The notes under the pieces: generated by a model
The model's database searches: none
What the model saw: only the letters and a program-made list of their open reading frames with translations
What the model was told of the DNA's origin: nothing
Part shown: positions 53,389 through 64,000 of the stretch, in pieces
How positions within the stretch are numbered: position 1 is the first letter of the stretch
How the letters are laid out: each line of letters begins with the position of its first letter
Position numbers and translations under genes: made by a program
Assembly: GCA_051362555.1 (NCBI GenBank)
Contig: CM120640.1
Location: 54,290,788 to 54,354,787 of the forward strand
DNA length: 64,000 nucleotides
Reading direction: 5' to 3'
From: Lingula anatina
Lineage: Eukaryota; Animalia; Brachiopoda

Positions 53389-54260
53389 CAGAGATGGATC
53401 CAGGATTATTTGACGGGGGTCTGGAATGACAGGCTTTGGATGCAAAGCCGAGGTCATGTCGATACTCCCCTACACCAATAATCCCCCTTAGTTAATTTTT
53501 GTGTATTATGCGCATCGCTACTCCCCCAAACTGGTACATCCCTGCATCAATACATCCCCAGTAAAATTGCCAATGTAGGCGCACCGTTACTCCCCACACC
53601 GATACTCCCACGCATCTATACTGCAGTGAAGTATAGGTGCGGGGGAGTATCGGTGCAGGGAAGTATTGGTGCAGGGATGTACCGGTGGGGAGGGGGGAGT
53701 ATCAGTGCAGGGATGTATTGGTGCAGGGATGTGCGAAGCTGACCATCGCCCCCTTGGTGTAGGGTTCGGGGCCTGCTCAATGGCACCGAAAAAAATTGAT
53801 GATTTGGAGAGCAAACAATGCCCTTTGGTAGGGTTTAGAACTATGATGTAGCTAGTCAAAATTCTAATTCCAAGAGGGGAATATTGGTGTGATATGTTTT
53901 TCAGAAACCGAAGAGGGGGAGGGGGGGTCAAGACCCACTGTTAGAGGCGAGTTGTGCATGTGCATGGGAAGCGTAGCAAGGAGCAGGAATTTTCTTTTTA
54001 AATTTAACTCTCTGACTTCTAGTGTTCTGTCGATAACACAGAATTCTTTTTCCACATTCACTAGGTCAAAAGGAGGAGATAAATGAACCCCATAATCCAG
54101 CACACTTGGCAGACATTTAAGTGTGCTAATAAACTGACACCTTTGAAGTTCCTTATACAGGTACATGTACCGGCATTTGCCAACAGGGAAAGAGAAATGT
54201 TTAAACGCCTTTTATTCATCCTTTGAATTAAATTTGTCAAACAAAATTTCAAGTCTCATT
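53389..54260 (-). mobile_element. Composite GC-rich repeat, possibly a decayed hAT-type element end with a transposase remnant
   Basis: Begins CAGAGATGGATCCAGGATT (decayed CAGGGGCGGATCCAGG-type end). Internal foldback of 16-bp units at 53536-53732. Minus-strand peptides LTNLIQRMNKRRLN...LKCLPSVL...FLLLATLPM are reminiscent of the hAT C-terminal (dimerisation) region. Confidence 0.4.
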
Positions 54261-56875
54261 TAGAGATGTCACCTGGAAATTCCATGTAATATAAATTTGG
54301 ATATAAGCAAAATCATAATTCTCAAATAATTAGCAGAGTAGTAAAAGTATACAAAAAAACATCTTCTCAAACTTCCATTAAAATGACAATGACAGAAGAA
54401 GAGTTCATCTTGGAAGCAAAATTTACTGAAAAATGTTTGTTGTGGCACTTTCTTACAAGTAACCAAGCATCATAAAATGTATTGGCAATTTTGGTTCAAT
54501 TTTGGCAAAAGCATAGAGCAAATTCAAAAGTTGCAATAAATAGTATCAATTGATCTAATACCCTATAACATAAATATAACAAACAAAAAAAAAAACACAT
54601 TTATAAATGTCCCTAAATGCCAGTTGAGATACACAAGACAAGTTGCTTAAACACCAAATGCAGTTTTTCCTGTTATCTTTTTGATGACAATTTACATCAT
54701 GAGAGGTAGTATAAAATAAAAATGGACAAAACCATATTAAATTCTCATCAAATGCATTGATCAATTTCTTACATAGCCAATAAACATAAGGAACAGATAA
54801 AGGTTAATCTCAAAAACAATATCTAAATACTTCTCTAGGATCGATTTCCTAAAAAGGATATTCTTGGAATTCAGACTGCAGTAAATTCTAAAACAAACCC
54901 CGACTTTCCTTTATGCTGCTACCATAGATTTACATTTTTCAAGTTGTCATATTCATATGACAAAGCAAAGATGAAATTTTATATTGCCACTTTATACCAA
55001 GAACCCCAATATCCAATTATATAATATAAAGTAACTTCTTTACTAACCAACAAATGATAAAAACTGGACTAAATCCTAACAAGGCATTTGTTTGTGGTCA
55101 TGATCCACTTCTGAACCAAGGTGATCCTTTAGGTATATTAAACATTGCTTTCTTACTTCATTATAAAATAATTTTTAGAGAGAACATTGTAAGAAACAAC
55201 TCATATTACTTCCAAGCTGATAAATGCTGAATAATAGGCACTTAATAATTATATATATCTAGGAAATAACACTCCTGCTTAAATAAGGCACAATGAACTA
55301 ATGTTTCAATGATATATTTGTGTTTCTATTTTGAAAAAATAAATGAATTTCCATGCATTAAGGCTTTTGACTAATTAATTTGTGAAGCAAACTGATAAAA
55401 GAAAAGAACAGCAATGAAATATGGCTTAAATTGATTGATTTTCTCAAAGTGCCAGTACACTTAACAACAGTTTTCGGTATTTCATTCATTCACCAGAGGT
55501 AGAACTAACATACCAGTCAGCAGCTTTACTGAGCTGGACAAAGGCAGTTTTATATTAAAATGGGTTTGATGAATTTGCTGTTTCTGCAATTGTAATGACA
55601 AAGTCATGGCCTAAATAATTAACATTAAAGACAAATCACATTACTAAAGACGTACACTGTTGAGATCAATCACTAAAGCACTCTTACTTAAACCAAGGGG
55701 ATGTATATACATCTCCTTGCTTAAACATCCAAACATCTTATTTTGCACTCTGCTTTAAGCTAGACTTAACAAATAGACGCAGGATTTCAAATGTTCAAAT
55801 GCACCGAGGGAAAACCACACTTAGGTTGACATACTGACTAAACTTTTTGTCCAACTTGTACAATATCTTATTTCCTTATTCCTTTATCTTTTTGATTTTT
55901 CTACAGTTGCCCTTTTGATAAACCAAAAGCACTCTCTAGCACAGTTGTGAGATTACTAAAGTTGTTATATTGTTATATACAACCATCACCAATATCATAA
56001 TTTAGAGCCATATATTATTGGTCTATCACACAAAATTAATAGATTAATTAGCTATTTTTATATAATATATTGAACTATAAATAATTCTTGTTAAATAAAT
56101 AAAAGTCCTATATTTTTAACATGAAGAGCTGGAGTCCCATTTTTAAAATAAATGCTTCTCACCATGTCATGGTTCCAATGAATAAATACACTGAGTAAAT
56201 TTGTGTCCCTGTATATGTACATACTAAGTATGTATATACCAACCATTACAAGTTGAAGGGCAAAGATTATGCTGGATATATATTAAGACTGGGATATTTT
56301 CTTGCACCTGTGTATAATGTCATGTAAATGTGCCAGAGGTATATCTGTGCTTTCAAAAAAAAATATATAATAAAAATATTGCAACTTAATATATTTAAAT
56401 GTATATAACTGACACAAAGTGAAGAGAAATGTTAATATAGTTAGAGTCTTATGCATGTTTTACTAGTTTCTATACCTTGTGCCTCTTAAACTGCTTCCAC
56501 TTTTCTAGTTTGCATGTTGGCATGTTCACTTACTAAGCACTGTACCATTAACACTCTCATTTCATATATTTGTTCTTAGAAACATTTTCCCTTAATTGCT
56601 TGCTTGAACTACTGTCGATGTATTAACCACTCCCTAAGTTAAAAGAAGTCCCACACACAGTCGTGTGTAAGAGCAACTGTTTGATTTTCAAATATCCTGT
56701 ATACTCCAAATAATGTAAAACTTGATTGCACTGTTCACTAGATCATATTCCACATTGACCCCTACCAAGCTTTCATACACAAGTACCTTAGATATTCATA
56801 CTATAACTCAATGATTAATATTTGCAAGCTTTACACCCCTACTAATAAAAAGACTAAGAAGGCATCTCCTGCCAT

Positions 56876-59800
56876 TTAACTGTAATATGTTAATACACTG
56901 GTCTGGTTTCCTCTCAGCAGCAGTATGGGCGGCATGTCTTTGGTCAGAGTCTCTAGCCAGGCCATGTACAGCCCTGCCCCACAGGTACCTTTGCGTGGCA
57001 TGGGGAGAGTCCTGAGAATAGAAAAGGAGAGAAATGAATACCCATCTAAGTGTTATAGTAGACATTGTATATTTAGACACAGAGATAAAATGTTCATAAG
57101 ATGCAAATAGGCAAATAAAGGCCACATTTTAAGACCCTTTTAAGAGTGATGCTAAATTTATTGCAGTGACTGAAAGGATGTGCAAGAATGTAAAGAGGGG
57201 GAATCGGTTCTTTTTAGAATTATTTATCAAAATACAGTAGGATTTAATTAATCTTAAGCAGCATAGAAAATAAATTACCCATTCTAATAAATGCATCCAT
57301 TGAATAAAGTGCAGTTTAAGTACAAAAAAACAAAATAATATAAAGAATACAAAAACAAAATGAGCATAGACTCAGAGATGATTTTTTAAAAATAAAATTG
57401 AAATAGGTAATAAAATGAATAAAATGGTCATATTTGAAATATAAAATGTGACATTAACAGAGATGATCTTACATGACGATCAGGGATGCCTCACTATGGG
57501 AGTGTTCCATTAACAGCTCTCGCAGGCGAATGTGGCGATAGTTCTAAAAACGGTCATTAAAATGAATGAACAGCATTAAGTACACAAGGACAGGGAAGCA
57601 CTTATTTTAAGGCATAAAAAATTAATGAAAAAGATATTTTAACCTGTTACTGTATTATTGTTACTGTATTATAATAATCTGTTACCTTATTTCACTAAGA
57701 TTTTATGTAATAATTTCTATACATACTCCTCAAGTATATGATAAAAGACAGGTATATATGCATAATCTCTTTGCCTTGTCTACTAACCTTGTCTTTATTT
57801 GCCAGCATCTCTGCTTCAGATATTTTCCAGGGGAACATTTCTTCCGTCTCCCCAGCTTCTTCATCCAGGACCCAGGGTTTGATCAAGGTTTTAAACTGGG
57901 CAATACTTCAAAACAGAAAACAAAATACATATTATTATTATTTGCTACATTCCATATCTTACACATTAAACAAGATGCATAGGGGGATTTTTTTCTGAAA
58001 GTAAAGAGAACTTCAGGTGAGTGTGCTTAATTTTACTGACATATCATTTAAAAAACATTTTAACATGATCAGTTTTTAGATCGCATACAAAGGGTACTGA
58101 TGGGAAATGATAATTAATTTTGTCTTTTCCAAAAGAAATTTGGAAATCTTCTTGAAAAGTCTTTAAATCACTTTTTTAAACAGATACGTAAACATACATA
58201 TATATTAAAAAGTGATAAATATCTAACAAATCAAAGATGACACTGGTTATATTTGGGGGGGGGGGGGGGGGGGAGTAAAAGCACCATCAAAACCCACTGT
58301 ATTTAGTACTTGTCACCACTAATTGCCCATCTATGTCATTCAATATTCAGTCTACCTAAATCCCACTTTGATAATTGATAGTATAATACTATAAAGTACA
58401 ATTCACATTTTTGACCATAAAAACATTCATGTCTTCCACTACTTAAAAAAATAAGTAAGGGGATTCTCATAAAAACACCAACATATTACCTTTCCTCTTT
58501 TGGCTTCTTTCCAATGTCTGGGATAACCGTCATTTTTGAGTAGTCTATCCTAAATTTACTTAACAATGTTGCCATGCTGAAATACAAAAGACAGATGTGT
58601 CAACAGCTATATTATCAAAGCAAAGCATTGACATTAAAGCATGTAATCTGAAAACTTTTTCATGTTAAAAAATGAAATAAAATAAATATGAAAGTCAGCA
58701 AATTTACTTTGAGTTCTCTAAATGTATTGTTAATGATGCAACACTTTTAAATAAATTGGTCATACTTTTTCTGATCCCTGTCAAGTTCCTTCTTTTTAGT
58801 TCCAGCAGTAAAGACACGGAGATCGCAATTTGACCAATGTGACTTGGTGGACAGAATGTATGGGATCAACATGGTCAGACCTACAATTAGATAAGGAAAG
58901 GACTGGTAGAGAAGAAAAAATCAATCGTAGTTGAAAGCAAATACTCTGGTTGGCAATTATAAGGTATCTCATTTTTCTACACTCAACGGTCATTTAGATA
59001 GCCTGGATAATAGCCTGTTGATAAGTCATCAAGTAGAGAGCACTAAAGTGATGGGTGACAAATACTAGGAGTGAAAACTAGTAAAACTAGTAGTCTAGTA
59101 GTGAAAAGTAGCTGACAAGCTGATTATGTAACAACAATACTTCAAAAGGTACTCAAGATATCACACACAATTACATATCCACTAAACTAAGCTTAATACA
59201 ATTTCAAAACACCATGAAGACTTTTTTCTTATGAAAATATTTAATCATCTTATGTAAAACTATGTTTTAATAACATAACCAATGTTATTTATATTATCAG
59301 TATATTTATATTATACTACTTTTGGCTTGTCATTTTGAATTACCTCCATCATCAAAAAGCCACCACACATCAATGGTCCCTTTTTTCTGTTTCCTCTGGA
59401 AACGATTCACTGCCTGCAAGATATCCCTGTTGATATTAGACAATATTCCTTTCTTATTTTTACTTTTCCTACTTCCAGATCTAGATATACTATTCTCATT
59501 TTTGTCCTTTGATTCTTTCTCTACTTCTTTCCCCTTTTCTATGTCTGCTTCCTCTTTTTCTATCTCTGTCTCTGACATTCCAGCCTCTTCAACCTCATCA
59601 TCTTCCTCATCTTCATCACTTGATGGACCGCCTACATCAATCTGAATTTTATTACTCTTCAGGTCTTCTAGCATGGTCATGCTGCCTATAGAGCTGGCGG
59701 CAGTGAGCTGACCATGAGGGATGTCCTCCTCACTGTAAGCTGACATCTGGGCTGCCATCACTACACTAGGAGCTCTCCTCATCAACAGCGCCTCCTGCTC

Positions 59801-62800
59801 TTCATTCCTTGGCTCTGAAACATAAAACTTAACCATGAAATATATGTAGTAACATTTGACCTGATTTTAGACTTGGTACAAATGATACATCTAGATGATC
59901 TGCAAAGTAGACTTTCAAAAGAAAAGCTTATGTTTCTTTAAATTGATTTTACTGTGACAAATAATGAAACTTCTACTCACGTTATGAAAAAGTGGAGATA
60001 TGTAAGGCAACTGAAGTACCCAGAGCAAAATTAGGTAGACAGCAAAGTTGATGATCAGGTTAGAGTATTATCTTATTCCACATTTATTTATGATGATCTG
60101 AACCAAGAAAGCAACTCTTTACTTTCCAAGACAAGCATTATCCCTTTACTCATAAATCAGACACCTTCTAGAGATGCCAACAATACGTGCTTGTCATTCC
60201 TGACTTAAATTCCCAATGCAGTGCTAGAGTGAATAAGTGTCAAGAACCCACAAAACTAGCTGTCATCTCATTCCTCAGTAAACTAGCATACCATCAGTCC
60301 TACATGCTCATCCTTTTTACCAGGAAACAAAGTGCTGGCACTTACCAATAATCATATCTTTATAAACATATAACAATTACCTGTATATACTAAAGCACTA
60401 TATAGAAGGAAAAGTAAATCAAATTATTGTATACTGTTGCACTGGTTCATATTTTAATTAGGGTTGCAGGGTTTAGAATAATTAAAAGATTAAGTGGTGA
60501 GGTTGATGAGGGTACTTGGGGTAGGCTGATATCTGACTACCCAGAGAAGGATGCACAAAACATACACTGCAATACAGGAAGAAAAGTACAAGTAACACTG
60601 GGCTTCCAACCATGAGTATTTCTGCATAATCTAAACATTATAAGTCCATTATTCAGTGTTTTTAAAGGAGACTATTGCTTATACCATCTAAGCAATGCAA
60701 GATCAACGCTGTTCGGAACCATGCATGCCAATTAAACTGCCATATCTCCTTCTACTCGTAGCGAAAATGGATTTCAAGCTCTGAAGCATTAATGATCATA
60801 GCCAAAAACAATTACCTATATTTTTGCATCATAACATTAAAACAGAATCAACATGAAAAGCATCCAGTGTAAGGAATAAGCACAAGCCTAAGGTCATTGA
60901 TTTTTCCAGTTAGACCAGTTAAATGTGAATTCTCTCAGTTCAAAGGACTTGGAATATATTGTTTATGTGTGTCAGCAGGAAAGACCACCAGACCTTGTAA
61001 AATTAAACTCAAAATAGTAAGAATTACTTTTTGCATATTGTTTTCTATGCATAATAAATTAAAGCGTAGTTTTTATGAGGAACACTTGTAGTAACACATC
61101 AAAATGCAATTGACATAAAGCATTAGCAGTTCTGGGGGAAAAGATTTTAAGCCAGGGCAATAACCATTGAGATCCTGTGTTAAATTTGGTCAGTAAAAAA
61201 TAAAAATACTTTTTGCACTTACACTAAATAAGATCGATCTTCTATAACTATCTATGGACATCTTATTTCCCAATAAGCTGAGTAAGTTCTACATGAAAAA
61301 CTAGTGCTGGAAATCTATTACTACCAATTTTACACTATTGAATTTTAAAATATATTATTCTAGTGTACAACAAAATTGATAAATTTGTGTCAGCAGGAAA
61401 GACCACCAGACCTTGTAAAATTAAACTCAAAATAGTAAGAATTACTTTTTGCATATTGTTTTCTATGCATAATAAATTAAAGCGTAGTTTTTATGAGGAA
61501 CACTTGTAGTAACACATCAAAATGCAATTGACATAAAGCATTAGCAGTTCTGGGGGAAAAGATTTTAAGCCAGGGCAATAACCATTGAGATCCTGTGTTA
61601 AATTTGGTCAGTAAAAAATAAAAATACTTTTTGCACTTACACTAAATAAGATCGATCTTCTATAACTATCTATGGACATCTTATTTCCCAATAAGCTGAG
61701 TAAGTTCTACATGAAAAACTAGTGCTGGAAATCTATTACTACCAATTTTACACTATTGAATTTTAAAATATATTATTCTAGTGTACAACAAAATTGATAA
61801 ATTTTGAAACAATTTTTTAATGTTATATAAGACATAAGTACTTCATGGAGATCAAGCATATGAAGTTTTAGTTTGACGCCCTCTTATGCGATGGGATAAA
61901 TTGTCAACATGTACTACTGCCACATCCATTAAACTATGCAGGGTTGGGTTTAGCACAATATTATATTGGATATGTGGTTGCAACAAAATATCAGAACATG
62001 AGTAAAGTGATAACTGCATTTACTTGGCAGTCTTGCATATATGTGATATAAAATTTTGATATTGTCAAATGTACTGAAAATACAAGTCTTTCCACAATTA
62101 CCATATAATGATATAAGCATGGAGTCTTGAGAAAAAGTCACGAACTTTACCCCTGGCCAGTACATATACCACTACCAGAGCTGTGGTATAGTTAATGGTA
62201 TAGTTTTACTTACTAGCATTCAAATACACTATCAGCCATGAATAGAAAAAGCAGACACCCAAGTAGCCTGTTACAACAGAGAACACCAAAGGTTACATCC
62301 ACATAACATGTAAAGAACAGCACCCAACCTGCCAATTTCTCTTTCCTATAGCCATAGGTAACATTAATAGAGTAGGAACTAAACTCCCTCAGATGTGGGT
62401 CTGTGCAGCACAAAACCAAAAGAGATATCAACTCAACAAAAAGTACAAAACAAAAAAAAAACAATAAAATCAATACCTTTATATATATTACATGTATATG
62501 AAATTACTCTTTAAAAGATTAAAACATATCAAATTCACTTCAACATCAATGAAAGGCTCAAACCAATCTTCACACACTGTATAACATTTACAAGAGTTAT
62601 CAAAAGTTATCATGAAATACTTTCTTAGCATTTTAGAGGTAAGTGATATGATAATCTTGTGCTATAAAAACTGTAAGCATATAAAGGGCTTACATATACA
62701 TGTTTTGCAATGGAGGAGTTTAACCACATTTTTCAGAACAGGTCTGTTTTAATATCACACAAAATGATAATAAAACCATCCAACAGCTGTAAAAAATTCA

Positions 62801-63909
62801 GAGCCAAGATTTTGGTAAATTTTTGACAAAAACGTAAATGTGAAGAATGCAGAATAACCCAACACCACAGAAGACGCAGTATGTACCCTGTTTCTTTTTT
62901 CCTAGACAAATACCTTCCAGAAATCTCTCAACTTCTGCTGTCATGATTGCTTTAAAAACAAACATGAACATGTCTTTTTGTTTCACAATACTGTAGGCCC
63001 TTTACTTAAATAATTATGTGTTTTAATTAACAAATAAAGCATGGGGTTATAAGTGTTAATGTAAAATAATATCAAAAGTAAAATATGTGTTAGTCAAGTA
63101 CAACTGTACATTACTTGAGGACAAAAATGTACAAATAATAAGGCAACATGAAAAATATAATACTCAAATGCTACAAAATGTGGGGGTTAGTTTTCATCTA
63201 TAAAATTTTAACCAAACAAAATCTATACATTTTCCTTTAAAAGATCAGATCAGTAACAAGCATATGTCCAGCTATAAATCAGATCTCTTTATATATCATT
63301 TGGTACTTTTCTAAATATTAAAATCAGTTAGAAGTATTGTTTCAAATACCCTTAATAATTATCCACAATAAATAGGCATAAATCCCTCTGAAAATAAGTG
63401 ACAAGAGCCTTACCTTCCTCTATTACTGGTTCTATCACCATGCTCTCAGAGAAGTCAAACCCTTCCTTCACTCTGAGAATACCTACACCATAGCGCAGGT
63501 CTAGAGTGTCGCTGGAAAAAAAATATTAAACTGTGCTAATCATAAATATATGAAATTTACAAAATGCCATACAATTCATATTACTATTAAAAAAACTGAT
63601 GGTATAAAACCATTCTAAGTCAATTTTACTTGTGCTTAAGCTGAATTTATCACAAAACAAGAGATGGGTACGCAGGCTCTAGTAGTCTAGGAGAAGCGGT
63701 AACGGTGACATGGCAGCGGAGCCGGTGGTACAATTAAAATAGAGTGTAGAACTTTTCCCGTTTGTTTGTGTTAGTTTGCTTGTTTGTTTTTTCTTTACTT
63801 ACTGTATGATGTGAAGGTATTCTTCCACGTTTTCAGGTTTATCTGTTTGCCAGTTGGACTTGAAACCCATGAGCACAGTGTTTGGTTTTAACTTCCCTAA
63901 CCCTGTAAC
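56876..63909 (-). CDS. SLC12A2: 5'-partial Na-K-2Cl cotransporter (SLC12A1/2/3 family, NKCC1-like), C-terminal cytoplasmic domain
   Basis: 8 phase-consistent exons: 63909-63803, 63511-63414, 59814-59344, 58880-58766, 58576-58490, 57905-57788, 57543-57473, 57011-56876 (TAA); 1203 nt. Motifs [82 protein letters not shown]. Confidence 0.95.
60968..61803. repeat. 418-bp tandem duplication in an SLC12 intron
   Basis: TGTGTCAGCAGGAAAGACC... at 60968 and 61386. The copies look identical by eye. Confidence 0.95.
62329..62400 (-). CDS. Candidate 72-nt cassette exon of the SLC12 gene
   Basis: GCACAG| ... CAG|GTTGGG, phase 1-1, open frame [24 protein letters not shown]. Confidence 0.45.
62914..62949 (-). 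CDS. Candidate 36-nt cassette exon of the SLC12 gene
   Basis: TTTTTAAAG| ... AAG|GTATTT, phase 1-1, open frame [12 protein letters not shown]. Confidence 0.35.
63658..63738 (-). mobile_element. Internally deleted, truncated relative of the HINE 5' end
   Basis: Reverse complement TTTAATTGTACCACC-GGCTCCGCTGCCATGTCACCGTT...TACCCATCTCTTG matches 6432-6446 joined to ~6535-6598. Confidence 0.75.
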
Positions 63910-64000
63910 CTGAAAGAAAATAAGATCAACATTAGATTCCATAACAAGTGGTGTTGAAATTTTAAATGACTTCCAAGACAATAAGTCTAAATTAGATTTA

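Overview
AT-rich, CpG-depleted, intron-rich animal genomic DNA. The repeat content suggests a lophotrochozoan, probably a mollusc (inference). No CRISPR, rRNA or tRNA was recognised. Four spliced genes were reconstructed by hand with phase-consistent exon chains. (1) + strand, 5'-partial, 85-11634: an unusual modular protein with an extended Tudor end, a PAIP1/CTIF-type MIF4G domain, a SAM domain, a KYVPPHLR motif and a C-terminal CCHC zinc knuckle. (2) - strand, 33939-16890: a GRAMD2/GRAMD3-like GRAM + transmembrane protein. (3) - strand, 52532-48045: a CCDC192-like coiled-coil protein with an N-myristoylation motif. (4) - strand, 5'-partial, 63909-56876: an SLC12A1/2 (NKCC)-type cotransporter. 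The GRAMD2 / CCDC192 / SLC12A2 trio matches my recollection of human 5q23. Mobile DNA includes a 3.4-kb Helentron-associated (HINE/DINE-like) element carrying a 145/146-bp satellite, several MITE families, an RTE LINE remnant and a possible hAT remnant. There are also three near-perfect tandem duplications and a 122-bp palindrome in a probable 3' UTR. Domain and family calls are by motif recognition, not database search.
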